From positions 36,517,093 through 36,581,092 of the forward strand of contig NC_068994.1 of NCBI RefSeq assembly GCF_001194135.2: a DNA stretch of 64,000 bases, in the 5' to 3' direction. This document shows positions 39,757 to 53,800 of this stretch, piece after piece; within the stretch, counting starts at the first letter, position 1, and each line of letters begins with the position of its first letter. The stretch comes from Octopus bimaculoides. Taxonomy: Eukaryota. Under the pieces are notes generated by a model. The model saw only the letters and a program-made list of their open reading frames with translations, was not told the origin of the DNA and did no database searches. The position numbers and the translations under genes are program-made.

Positions 39757-42700
39757 GCTTTGGGTTATTTGTTACTGGACAAACTACAAATCGGAGGTTA
39801 CCCCAGTAGATAGCATTCACACACACACACATATATAGTTTGTGTGTGTGTGTGTTACCTTTATGTCCATCATATTTTTGTAAGAGTAACTAGAATGGTT
39901 TTCTCCTTGGAAAAATGCACTCCTTTCCTACAACTTGGAAATACATGCATTCATGTTTTATATATTAATATGTATGTGTATGTGTAAGTATGTATGGACA
40001 GTGTCTCTCTCTCTTCCTCTCCCTCTCTCTCTTCCTCTCTCTCCCTCTCTCTCTTCTCCCCTCTCTCTCTTCTCNNNNNNNNNNNNNNNNNNNNNNNNNN
40101 NNNNNNNNNNNNNNNNNNNNNNNNNNNNNNNNNNNNNNNNNNNNNNNNNNNNNNNNNNNNNNNNNNNNNNNNNNNNNNNNNNNNNNNNNNNNNNNNNNNN
40201 NNNNNNNNNNNNNNNNNNNNNNNNNNNNNNNNNNNNNNNNNNNNNNNNNNNNNNNNNNNNNNNNNNNNNNNNNNNNNNNNNNNNNNNNNNNNNNNNNNNN
40301 NNNNNNNNNNNNNNNNNNNNNNNNNNNNNNNNNNNNNNNNNNNNNNNNNNNNNNNNNNNNNNNNNNNNNNNNNNNNNNNNNNNNNNNNNNNNNNNNNNNN
40401 NNNNNNNNNNNNNNNNNNNNNNNNNNNNNTTTCTATTTTACTATAAATATCATGTGTGTTTTAATCTAAAGGTTACACAAATTGGTACTTTTATTTATCT
40501 ATAATTTTCAGCATCATAACAAAGGGGTTTGAAACTGTAATTTCCCATTTAACAAATCCCCAGAATGCTGAAGATCTAAAAGTATATACGTACTTTTTTT
40601 TACAGCTGAAGTCAGCTTACCTATCATAAGATATAGCTTATAATGATCAACTTCTTAATGACGGCATTCTTGCACTATAAGCAGCATAACTAGTGTAGCA
40701 TTTACTTTTGAAGATAGATGTCAGGATTTATTCATATGCACATTTGAATGGAATTTGGAGTTGTTGAATATAGGAGGTTTTTATGGCTGAAATTTAACTA
40801 ATATTTTGTATGTTGTGAAGGCATGTAGACTGGTTCTTAGAGTGTTGCACTCATGATTGATAGATCATGGGTTTGATTTCCAGGCCAGGCAGCATGTGTT
40901 CTTGAGCAAAACACTTCATTTCATGTTGCTGTAGTGGGTAGGAGAGTAGCAGAATCATTTGCATGTTGGTAGAAATGTTTTATGGTATATCTTCTGGCTC
41001 TCTAAAATTCTGAGTTCAAATCCCACCTGCTTGGAGAAGACAATGGGAAACCATACAGTAATCATTTCAAGTTTAGTCATGGATAGCTGTAATTTCAGTA
41101 ATCTTAATGGTGGTAGGGGAGGGTATGGGTCATATAGAGAGTGCTGGAGAAGCTTCACATGCATAGGACTTGCATGTTGTATTTTATAGAGAAGCTAACT
41201 TAATGGAACTTGTTTAAAATTCTTGCGATATTGGTAGCATTTTAAAAGATGCTCATGTAAAAGTTTTAAGAAATTTCAAGCTGTACAGGTACCAACTTTA
41301 TGACTGCGTTCAGATTGTACCGTATTTTTTTGAACATGTGTTGGTATAAATATTGCTAATGAAATTAATATTCTTGTTGAAGCCACTCTCTAGTAAAACT
41401 TAATTGTTACAAAGATTACTCAATGAATATTTAGGGTATGAGATCTTTAATGGATAAAGGCTAATATTTTTAGTTAAATTCTTAGAGTGAATGATTTGAG
41501 TTTGTGAATAATTTGAGTTTGAACGATTTGAGTGAATGATTTGTGTTTGTGTTGAGCTGGTGAATGATTTGTGGTGATGTACTGTAATATTTCATTTGGT
41601 TTCCTTTAAGTGTTGTTTTGTAAATTTCTAAGTTTAAAGTAGTATGATGAAAGTGACTATATATATGTTTTAAGATTGGAGATTTTTCTCAAATCTCTTG
41701 GATTGGCAAGTTACTTAGGTTTAGTAAAATTATGATTATGGTACTAGACATCTAAATGAAAGTAAGATTAAATAAATTTAAGCAATCAAATTCAGAAACT
41801 CCTGTTGAACCTTTTGTCCTCACACTTAACACCATATGGTATTATCGAAAGATGGAAGGGATTTTCATACAGCATAATTTTTATGATTGATTCAATATTG
41901 GACATGTAATCTCTAGGAAAAATTAGTGCATCCTGGAAAAATTTTTAAGATAAAGGTGTACAAATCAAGATATAAAGTGACATGGCTTGCATAGTGCTAA
42001 CAATTAAAGTCTGACTTCTATACTTAAATTAGTGGCAAGACTTCTAAATTAGTAGAATCAGTTGCATTATTTTTGGCAAATATTTGCAGTGCTATAAAAT
42101 AAAAATCTTTGGTAAGTGGGACGATCCTTTTTTGCTCTTTTGTCAGAATATACAAAGATACATTTGGAGACATTTGAAGTTTTCAATTTTTACTTCAGAA
42201 AATTGTTGGCATTTATTATAAGACATACTGAAAAATTACAATTCTTACCAAAATAAAATTATCCATCTCCAATTGTTCAATAATTCATTTGTATGAGGGG
42301 AACTTTTTAAAATTTTGAAATAGGACTTATTTTTATTTAGTAGCTCAGTATCTCTGTCAAAGATGAAAAATTTCTATTGCATTACTCTCCATGAAATTTT
42401 CAATTCTGTAAATAAGATATTTAATAACTTTCTTATGGATCCTGATATTCTTTGCTAAAAAATTCTAACAAGGGCCTGTTCATCATGAAACTGTTTTGCT
42501 CTATTTACAGAAAAGTGCTCAAGTTTCACCTTTCACATTTTCAGACAATAGTGGAAGAGTATGTGCTCTTATATAAATTACTCTTGTAGTGAGGAGAAAA
42601 TCATCAATTTAATTATTATACCTAGTTATGAGAAGCTGAAGAGACTACTTCATAATTGAAATTGATTAAAATTATTTAAGAATAGAATGCATCTTTAGGC

Positions 42701-44298
42701 AATGTTTTGATATTATTAGACCTCATCAGCAAAGATTAGTTCAGCACAACTGTTTGATCTTAAGTGACTGGTGAGATATATAGGGTTTTAATTAATAAAT
42801 ACTCAGTTGTGTAATAACTTAAAAGAACAAGTGTAAAAAATATCCAGGAATGAAAAACTAGCAGTAAAGTGTCTGCTCGTAAACTTGATGTGATGGACCA
42901 AAAACATTGAAGTAACAGTGTACCAATAATGGGTGAAAAAATTATTTAATTGAATATATTTTGGTCAAGCGAAGCAATCAAATTGATTTAAAAATGTTAA
43001 TTCATTGTTTTCATACAAAACTTAACAATACTTTTTTTGTCATTGATACTTTTGTACAGAAATACTAGAAACTGTGATGGCGGTGAAAAGATTCTTCTCA
43101 TTGTCTAAATATATTTGGTATTTAAAAAAATAGAAATTTGGTAATAAATAGGAATTTATAAAAAGTGGTGGTTAAAATTTCACTATTAAATGGTTCATTT
43201 GCAGAGAGTTTTGTGTTATGACTGCCAGAAAGTTAACTCCTTCTGGATCAAAAAGGAAGATAAAAAACTTTTAAACATATTTATGAGATACTTTGATGCC
43301 AACATTGCCTGCAGACTTGAGAACCTATACATTTTAGATACTGTTATAAATGAATAAACTCCTCTAGTATAGGATTACATGAGGACAATGGTCTGTCAGT
43401 CTCCCTTAATATAAATAAATGGCCATAGCATGGACTATCAGTACAAAACGTTAAAATTATCAGTTTTTAGACATTACATTGCTCTTAAATGGAAAAAGGC
43501 AATACTCTTATACAAAAGGAAATTGAGTTATACAGAAAAATAAATGGAGCCAAATCACCAATTATCTTTCACAGTTATAAAACCCTTCAGAATATAAAAG
43601 AACACCCAAGATGTTCTGTGAAATACATATCTTCAATGAAACCACAGCTTATTACAATGATGCTTTAATAAGTAGTGACTACAAGAATATGTCGAACATG
43701 TCCCATATTACAGTGGAACTAGTGTCAGAAACATTTCTAGCACAAGTGTGGCATTCAATATTGCTGTGATTTTCAGTTACTAATACTGCACCTCAAATAT
43801 ACAGTCACAACTAAGAACTGCATTGATATAGAACTACATCCATTCCAATTGCAATTGTGGTAACACCACATCCCTCTCCACTTAACAGTGAATGTTTTAT
43901 AAAGGTTCCTGTGTAAAATCCAAAGATATGTGATGATGGCAGTAAAAGGAAGTGCATCATATTCATGGAAAATGCAGTCAATTCAGGCATACAGAGCACA
44001 CATTTTCTTCATATTTAATCCAGAGTGTAACAGCTCCAATTTTCCATTTCAATTTATTGGGAAACTGAAGAATAGTGAAACAAATAACATCCTTGTGAGA
44101 TGGTGCAGTGCTAAATCTGAAACATCATATTTCAATGTGAGATGCAATTTATATTTATAACATCTTGATTCAGCATTGCAGCATGTTAAATAAGAAGAAT
44201 GAAATTTTGTCTCTGTGAAGGCATATGAGCATATTCCATCTGAAAAACATTTCAAATGAAGACTCAGTAATAACCCAACTTCAATTTGCATAAAGTAG

Positions 44299-44432
44299 TC
44301 ATAGGAAATATAAGCCCCGGAAATAGTGGCTTGTTTGAGCCAGAAAAGAGCATGTGCACAAAACAGCAATCAAGTCAATACAGACTATCAACTTGCTATG
44401 GTTAACAGCTGAATTTCTGTCAGATGCTTCCC
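44299..44432 (-). CDS. Candidate terminal exon of a second protocadherin (gene B): G-EASDRNSAVNHSKLIVC...GLYFL*
   Basis: Acceptor TTTTTCCACTTATAAACTAACAG|GG at 44433/44432 is phase 1, matching the 44662 donor across a 229-nt AT-rich intron. Other in-phase acceptors at 44329 and 43908. Confidence 0.35.
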
Positions 44433-44661
44433 CTGTTAGTTTATAAGTGGAAAAACATGTTGGAAAATTCACTTTAAAAAATATGTAAATAAACTCTGCT
44501 AGTATAAGTGCAGAACTTATTAACTCATTCTAAGCTTGTTTAAAAAAGAAAGATTATGACATTGGTTGAAAATTGTATACCATAGACAGCATTTTTGCAA
44601 TGAAAATGAAATTAAAAATAGTACAAGATTGCAAACAATATAAAAATTTCAGTGCACTTGC

Positions 44662-44812
44662 CTGGTAATGTTTCATAGAGTACAGTATCTGATTCAATCC
44701 AACCATGCCCATTTTCAACATTGGAAGATATCGATATTTGTTCACTGAATTGGTCAGGAACCATAAACATATGTTCTTTTTCTTTACCAATACAAGATGT
44801 CATCATTGACTC
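44662..44812 (-). CDS. Cytoplasmic-tail exon of a second protocadherin (gene B): ESMMTSC...SNVENGHGWIESDTVLYETLP-G
   Basis: Acceptor TTTTTTTCTTATACATTTGAGCCTTCAG|GAG at 44813/44812 (phase 0). Length 151 nt = 50 codons + 1. Donor CCAG|GCAAGT. Aligns with gene A exon 5699-5543 (I.SN.EN...W.E.....YETLPG) with identical phases. Confidence 0.75.
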
Positions 44813-46224
44813 CTGAAGGCTCAAATGTATAAGAAAAAAAATTAAAAAATTAAAAGGAAATTATGCATTTTCATGTTATTGGTGTAATGGCACAAAACAT
44901 TCTAAAAGAGTATATTTATTATTATCAATATTTGAGATAAATAAACAATTTTGCATGAATTCAATAGATCAAATACAATTTTGTAAGTAATTATTTTGGT
45001 TATTTTTCCTGTTATAAGTTCTAGAAAAACAAGACTGTATGAAAGTAAGTAGCACAACATTCAGAACACATAAAATAGTGTGTAAATGTTGATAATTTAT
45101 CTCAATACAGCATTGGTGCTTAATTCATTTAGCTTAGAAGGGTAGAAGATCAAGTCAATCAAAGTAGGATTTCAACTCAGAGTTGTAACATACCAAACAT
45201 TTCATCTATTATTCAGTCCATTCTCAAAATTTACAACGATACCTTCTAACTTCATTATTATTGTCATATTTTTCTCTATTCCGCTGTTTGAATATAAAAT
45301 AACCATCCAGATGATGCTCATCATTCTCACATATTTGCTAGAATGGATTAGATGCATTATCCCGCTTGGCCATTTCATCGTTTCTTCCATATTCTAGCTG
45401 AACTTTTCTGAGTATCACTTCATCAACTCCTAATTACTATTATTTATTACTTATTGCTATATTTTAGTTTATTTTTTCATTCTGTTCTCATAAATAAGCA
45501 TGCACTAGCTTATTATCTTTAAATCCAAGCTGACTTCATATTCATCGCTCCTTCTCTGATTCATATATCACATTTATCACACAATCAATTCTTTCAAGCA
45601 GGGAGATCATTTTTGGATGATAGAGAAGATGTATTTGAATGAAATTATGCTGTATATTAGTGATACCTATTTTATCATAATCTTGTTGACAAAAAGGCAG
45701 ATTTGATACTATTAAGATTGAAATTGAGAAGCATGAGTCACCATAAAACACATGCATTCTGCATTCATAACCAACTACGCCAGCCTATATTTGACAAAAG
45801 ATAAATGTCAAGTTCCTTTGTTATTTCTACTAGTATTTTATTTGTATTGATTTTAAAGAATATTATACTTCTAAAAATGAATTAGTCTTTTTAGAAAGCA
45901 ATTTTTAATAACCATATGGAATGAATTCATAAAGTTTTATCAAAAGACTTTGAATCATTATTAACAAAGCATTGCTTACAAAACCTTGCATTCTTTTTAT
46001 AACATATCTCATACAGCTTCATTTCTCCTATTTTATCTTTTACTTTGTTTCAGTTATTAGACTGTGGCCATGCTGGGGCACCATCTTCAAGTGTTTAGTC
46101 AAACAAATAAACCTCAGTACTTTTTTTAAGTGTAGTATTTATGCTATTGGTCTCTTTTAACAAACTGTTGTTAAGTTATGGAGTTGTAAAAAAACCAACA
46201 CTGGTTGTAAAGCAGTGGTTGGAA

Positions 46225-46282
<58 letters not shown>

Positions 46283-47809
46283 CAGATATATATATAATAG
46301 GTGCCCATTCAGTTTCCGTCTACCAAATTCACTTACAATGCACTGATCAGCCTGGGGTTATAGAAGATACTTGAAAAGGTGCCAAGGATTGAGACTAGAC
46401 TTAAAACTATACAGTTACAAAGCAAGCTTCTTAGCCACATAGCCGTGACTGGACCTATAAATAACTTTTGCATGTTTATTGAAGTTGGTGTAAATATTGA
46501 GTAATTTTTTTATTAAATAGTAACCTGTAATATTTAAACAAGTGGTAATTTTTCATATATTCATTAAGACTATAATTCTAAAATAACTTCTCTTTGAAAT
46601 TTGCTGTATCTTAAGTCTTTATATTTCCTTTATAAATCTTTTCCCATTACTTAGTATTCTTCTTTTTTTTTTCTGCTCTTTCTTCTTCATAGCTTTGATA
46701 ATTGAAATTATTTCAAAATAGTAAGTTCCTTTTATGTATGTATCCCAGGCAGTAATGCAAAGTGCATTACTTCAAACCTCCTCATGGCTGTACCAACATT
46801 TTTATGTCCCATGGTTTTGCTCAGAATATTTTGTTTGTAAATGCTGTCTCTATGAAGAAAATCATATTTGCTTATGCTTTCTGGTATTTATATTTGACAT
46901 AGTTTACAATACTTGTAATATAGCGTCTGTGTCAAGCTTTACCTACTGAGCTAAATATTTAAAGTGTGTATATACAAACATATATATATGTGTGTGCACA
47001 TACACACATATGGACACACATGCATGTGCACACACTGGCACAAATCCACACATATACATTTAAAGGTATTCTCTTTTACACAAACTAAATATATTTTTGC
47101 AATGTGCATAATGTATTAAGTATAAAAATATAAAATCTTTAAAAAAAAATTGACTAATAAGTTGCACATAAATAATAAGGTTTTAAATTAGATAGACAAT
47201 AAAAATAATTACATTCTTAGCCTCAGTTATCTTGCACAGCATTCTTAATATGAAGGAAATAGGAGATAATAGAAAATAATGAATTTGGATATTGATCTTG
47301 CAGAGAAAGGTTAGTTTAATAAGAAAGAATAAATAAATAGAATGTAGAAAATGCAGAGATATATCCATTAATCCTCTTGCATCACCTATGATTAGATTTC
47401 ATTTACTTATTTTTGATTAGCTACCGAGTTTGGGGGAAGGAAAGCTAACACAGATTCTTAAGAATGTTGCACCAGTCCTTACATCTTTAATTATAGTATT
47501 TAAAGCACCTAGCATAATTTATTCTTAAATTATAATTTATACAATTATGGTAATACATGTATGTAGATGTTATCAGTATTGGCTTCTCCTAAGAATTGAC
47601 TCATCCCCTTTCAAGTTGTTGTTGTTGTTATACTCTTGCATTGCTGATTTGGATTAGAGAACATGTAATCAAATTTTCAGTCTATTCTAGTATTTAAAAG
47701 ATTAAATTTAGTTCTGTATTTCTTGGGAATTTCATTCTATGAAATTCCCAATTTTAAATATATCACAACTTGTTAATATGCACTTTAATGAATATATTAG
47801 TTGACCTGA

Positions 47810-47912
<103 letters not shown>

Positions 47913-47977
47913 GGGAGAGAAAGGGAAAGAGAGAAGAGGTAGAGTCTGTAATCTTTCTGTTTTTTAAACTTACTTAC

Positions 47978-47992
47978 CATAACCTCAGGCAT
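47978..47992 (-). CDS. Candidate 15-nt microexon (MPEVM, phase 0-0)
   Basis: TTTCTCACCTTGAATTTGTCAG|ATGCCTGAGGTTATG|GTAAGT. Frame-preserving and compatible with the phase-0 acceptor at 44812. Confidence 0.35.
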
Positions 47993-48861
47993 CTGACAAA
48001 TTCAAGGTGAGAAACTTAAAATTACTATTGAATGAAATGCTTTTCCATAATAATGTTTTATCCAACAGTTTTCATATGACTAATGATCTGCAGGGTACAT
48101 TTCCAAATGAGAAAGCACCTTCATAAGCCAATATACAATCTTTAATAAATTTTTTTAATTGTGAAATTGCATAGGGTTCAATATCTTTATACCAGCTTTA
48201 ATAATGAATATGGCCCTTTAGGGTTATTGACAATGATGTTGTCATCATAGTTGTTGATTGCAATAACAAGCTGAGAAACATCAGAACTGTTACACTGGCA
48301 TGCATGATGATTGTAATCTATAGTAAAAAGTAATCCAAAGAAGGCCCAAGGAGCCTTGCTCTGTGGAGTAAGTGATCTTAATAATTGTAGCATAATCTGC
48401 AGAAAAGCAGCTGCCCACCATTTAGTATCTTCTATTCAATTAGCTTTGATGGTCAAATTGATTTTATAAAGAGAAAACAAAACAGGAAAATGGTGTCACA
48501 TATTATGTCTCTTCTAGATGAGGAGTGTGCTTCTCAAGAAGATTTTATTATTTTTGTGCTTTATACTACAATTTTTGTAAACAATAGCTTCATTGGTTAA
48601 AGGTTCCCAAAAGTCAATCACTAGTTCACTGCATTTCTGAGGCAAGAGTGACAATGGACTCTCTGTAACTCAGGTAAAATAAATACCATGATATTTCTGT
48701 TTGAATGCATCAATTTATTAGTTTTTTTCACTGATGTGTACATTGACAAAAGGTATATACTTTATATATATATGCTCACTATTTTTTATGTTAAAAGTCT
48801 CTTGGCTGTCATTCCTTTTTATATATGCATCAATTAATATTGTGTGAAACTCTCACTAAAC

Positions 48862-49156
48862 CAGGGATCAGCAACTTATTTTTGTAATGACCCACTTTTG
48901 ATGTTTTTACATTTTCCCTTGACCCATTTGTATACTATATCACATCACACATTTAAAAATATCCAAACATATCACTTCATGTCCATCACTGGCAAGATTA
49001 TGTAAGCAAAAAAGAAATTTAAAAGTCTGTGGCACTAGACTTTAAACATCCATCATCTACTCAATGACCTACAAACACATTAAATATGAACACTTTTTGG
49101 AAAAGGTTTGAAGCCCACAGTAAACGATACAGTGGTTCACTTGTTGCTGATCTCTA
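48862..49156. mobile_element. hAT-like MITE remnant
   Basis: CAGGGATCAGCAAC (48862-48875) versus GTTGCTGATCTCTA (49143-49156), 12/14 inverted match. TSD is ambiguous (CACTAAAC / CTCTAAAC). Confidence 0.55.
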
Positions 49157-49271
49157 AACAAACCAGCAAGATTTCAAAACTTCCATACTTTCCTTCTCCT
49201 ATATAACATTTGTTCCATAACCTTTCCTTTTTCAAGCTGAAATTGCTTACAGTAATCTATAGGTGCAATAA

Positions 49272-49400
49272 TGACTGTGTGTTAAGAGATTTGCTTTCCA
49301 GCCACATGGATCTTGGTTTGATCCCACTGTGCTCCACCTTGAGCAAATAACTTCTGTCATAGTCTTGTCAGTGTAATTTAGTGGGTAGAAACTGTGGCAA
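49272..49400 (+). mobile_element. tRNA-head SINE copy
   Basis: GACTGTGTGTTAAGAG...GGTTTGATCCCACTGTG...CACCTTGAGCAA. Same family at 59276-59420 (+), 25362 (+) and 46290-46445 (-). Confidence 0.6.
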
Positions 49401-49749
49401 AAGGCAATTGCTTCAGGTGCAGCACAGTGTAATCAAATCAGAAACTGTACTGTTGTGAAATGAACTTTGTAACCACATAGCCATACCTTCACCTTAACTA
49501 TATACCATACCTCTATCTATAGATTAGTACTTAGCAACTTCAGACTGAAGAAGGAAAACATCAGAAAATATATGTTATGCATTAGAAGGAAAGGATGCAA
49601 GTTATGAGATCCCAGTGTTTAGATGAACCTTAAAAAAAGCACTAAAAATGCATTTTAAACAAGAATGAGGATATAGAAACCTTTAACATACAAGATAGCT
49701 GGACATTTTTAGGATGCAACCTGCTGAAAAACCATTGATTAGTCTTGTG

Positions 49750-50450
49750 CTTGGAGAAAGAAGCAAATCGTTACTTAGTAGCTCCATGATTAAGGCTCGA
49801 AATGTCATACAACAGTTCTTAAAAGTGAGAAAGAAAATTAGTAGTAAAGACTGATATCAGAATGCTGACTATCAGCTCCATTTGGGAAAAAGTGGTATGT
49901 GAATGTTCTAGCTATGATAGTGTAAGAGATGAAGTTTTACTAGTTTGCAAGACAGTGTGTTTGACTGATACAGGATTCTTTGAAAAGAAGTGCATCCAAA
50001 ATAACAATGACATTTTTAGGGACAGTGAAAGGAAATGGATGGGAGTATGATTTTAGGATAATGAAAGGGTACCTTAAATGGGACATGAAGAATGGCCAGT
50101 TACTTTATTAGGTTAATTTCAACTTGGTTACTCAGTTAACCAGAGTGATGATCCCTTAGTAGGTTCTCCTTGATTAATTGAGGCAGGGAATGTTGAAGGT
50201 GTGTCAGGAATAGTTGCTGAGATGTTCGAAAGCATCAAACTACATAAATAGTTACATGAGTAATAATAATAATAATGTTAAAATAACGAGATAATTAACT
50301 TAATGTATACAGAGCTCAGGTACACTACATTACATCAGAAAAAATAACCAAATCTGCATGAACAGATCATTGAACATTGAAGTCATGGGAGAATACACAT
50401 CACATTATGGGATTCCTCATTATGGGGAAACTTTTGGGAACACAACTTTT
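49750..50450 (+). mobile_element. Decayed RTE LINE RT remnant
   Basis: GGAATAGTTGCTGAGATG translates to GIVAEM, with weak downstream similarity to the NYRG.KL motif region; fragmentary. Confidence 0.4.
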
Positions 50451-50816
50451 GTGTAATGTGCGAAAGCTTGGGTGGAATTATGAAATAATTATTTTGCAAT
50501 ACACTTGTAATATGAAATAAAAGTAAAATATTGAGATATGTTTACTAACACTGTTTGGATTGATATTTAACTCTTTGAAACATAAATTTGTTCATTGAGT
50601 TCTCCTTATCCAACTTACAATATCATTTTCACCTCTCTTTTTTTTTTGTTTCATTGTCACTAAGAACTAATATAGTTGTGCCATCAGATTTTTCATTAAT
50701 ATCTGTTATAGTTCTCAAAATGCTTTCAATTTTCTGTTTACAATATTTATCCCATTTGGTAATCCTTTATTTGTTATATTCTTGGTAATTATTTCTATAT
50801 TTTGATTTATGGCCCG

Positions 50817-50863
<47 letters not shown>

Positions 50864-53800
50864 TACACACACTTTGCTCTTTTTTTCTCTTTTCTCACCT
50901 AATGATTGATTTAATGCAGTCTCCCATCAGGCTATTCATTTTTTTTCACATGAGCTCCTGGATCTTTAAAATTTTAATGGAGTTTCTCAAAAAGACTGAG
51001 CTATTCATTATGGCTAATAAAGCAAAACTTCAGAAGAGAGAATTTTCAGAAATTAGATCACATGCTACTTAATAAATTCTTCTTTGTGTTTATTGACTCA
51101 GAATGAAAGGGTGAGTGAGGTTAGTGTTGTTAATATTTCATATGAAATATTCATAATTAGTTTTGGAAGGTAATACATATGCAAATATGGAATTCCACAG
51201 CACTTCAGTGTATGTTAGTTATATGGTCATATCGTTACTGCCATCATCACCAAAGTTGTCATCATCATCATCATTATTATCATCATCCTTATTTAATATT
51301 ACTTTCCAAGTATGCCCGTTTTCCTATTACTTCAGATTTCTTGATGGAGAAGGAATTACCAGATACTTATATCAAGAAAGAGAGTCATCCCCTCCCCCCN
51401 NNNNNNNNNCCCCACGTGTGTATCTGTGTATGCTATATGAATTATGCTATCTGGAACAATTGTGCATATTTGATTGATGTATATATTAGGAAGGAATCTC
51501 AGAAAAGGTGACTTAGAAAGAAAGTATAAATAAGTAAATTTTTCATTAAGGCTAAGATAATGGTATCTTGTTTAGTACAGCAGAAAGTATTGTCAGATTT
51601 GCAGAGAAGTAAAGAGGAGTCATAGTTGCTGATGGACAAAAATACTGGAAGTTTATACTGGAAACAGTTTCATTTATAGAAAGAGTTATCTAGTTTATCT
51701 AGTCACTTATACAGTCAAAGAATAATAATGGTTGTAAAGTTATTTTTTTAAATTTTATTTTTAAGATTGTAAGTATAGAATATAAAATAAATGAAAACTA
51801 AAAAGATAAAAGACAATAACTTTAATTAACCGTGTGATGCACATGAATAAATATAACTGATGTTATGGCAACCTATAAAAACAAATGAGTTGTAAAAAGT
51901 GGGGAAAAAATAACTGATTTGTAAGCAAATTGTTTTATTGATTTCATAATCTGAATTTATCAACACTTTCCACAAAGGAGGAAGTAGCACAACATTGTGA
52001 CTGAAAATCTGAAATTAGATTAATACTGCCAAATTATATCGTTACGCATCTGAATTGATTACACAGCTATACATTTTAGATAAGATTTTTAATATAATAT
52101 TCAAATCTGGAGAATAATCTATGTATTATTAGCTTCATTGAGCCACTATGATGTCTAGAGTATAAAGAAAATAAGTTAGAACTTTGATTTCACTATCACT
52201 ATGCCTGTGATACTAAAATGTAGGAGTAGAATAATAAAATAGGAAGTGGAATAGAACCAGCGAGTGTGTTTATTGCTGGCATAATGATCCTCCTGTGATA
52301 CAGCAAAAAATGTCCGAATAATTAAGTTCACACCAAGAATCTTGCAAACCAAATAGTAAAGTGTAATATAAGACCACATCCAAAAAGAGAAAAAGGTGAA
52401 CCAACTGACTGACATAATGTAACTTGTCAACATGCACAAGTCTTTAAACCAGAGGGGTGAGGCTTCCTCTCTCTGTTATTTCCATTTTTACAGTAGTCTT
52501 GGGCCATCTCCATTTTCATCTCGCTCAGTTCCTCCTCCTTCTGTCACCTTAACTATGTCCCTTCTCCCTTACCATGACTTCCACTGACTCCTATGCCTTG
52601 GCTTTCATCACTACAATATTGGCACAATGGAATTTCCATTCACATTTTTTTTCTGATAACATGGAGCTATTCAATAGAAACAGTAATGCTAACAATCACG
52701 CTGGTTTCTGAATACTTTCAAAGCAATGGACACAGCCCATTTCTCCATACTGCCATCCACTTCCAAAAAAATTATGCTTGACATAAACACTAAAAATAAA
52801 GGTGTTTTATCTGCAATTGGAGATGGATAAATACAACAAACAAATCCAAACATAATATAAATCAGGATTCTTTTCTACCCTGAAGATATACATCTACTTT
52901 GGTGTTGATGACTGTTAATGTTTGGAAATGCTGTCTAGACTTGACTGTATTATATTACTGGTTCATTTACAATCCATTTGACAGTTTGATTGGCTTTTGT
53001 TCTTTCTCATAATTTTAAAATATTAAAGAAATGAAATCTGACAAACTAGTTGAAAAACTTTTTCAGTTGCTTGGGTTAGAAGTGAAAAGAAAGTTTAAAG
53101 AGAGCCTAGTAAATATCACTAGAAACTAATCCGAGTAGGTATAAGCACTTTATTAATAAGAAGACTATGTTCAGTAAATATGTATATGAAATAAATGTCA
53201 TTTAAAGAGGTGTATTGGTAGAGAAAGAATAAAAATGCATAGTGAATTAATGCAAGTGATGCTTTATTAAGTGCAGTGAATTGGCAGAGGCATTACAACA
53301 GTAGATATTTAGAACAGTATTTGTTCTAAATCTCTGCATACTGAATTCAAATCCTGCCCAAATCAATTTTGCTTTTTCCTTGCAATATTTATTCTGACTT
53401 TTTGTGTCCTCAGTTCGAATTCTTCAATGGTCAACTTGGTTAAGATACTTAATCCATTACCTGGTTTAGTACCAATATCACACACACACACATGTGCACA
53501 CACACATTAAAAAAAATGCTTGGAAAGATGACAAAGGAACTCAGAAAATTTACACAAGACATGGACCTACTCTTCCCTCATCAGTTCAGAACAATTTCAC
53601 ACCTGTAATGCTAATATTGTTAATTTTGATGGTGTCAACAACAAAAGGCTGCTTTGAATAAGTGAGCAAACATAAAGAATGGTGACAAAAATAAATGACA
53701 CAGGTTGTTGGTAGATATATAAATATACACATACGAATAAAGGCCTTATGGCTATGTGACAGCATAAAGATAAAACATATAAAAGGAAGGCTAATAGAAA

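Noticed and set aside
45190-45420. GC-richer patch between the microexon and gene B tail exon as a coding exon
   Set aside because: No clean acceptor and in-frame stops; probably an old repeat remnant.
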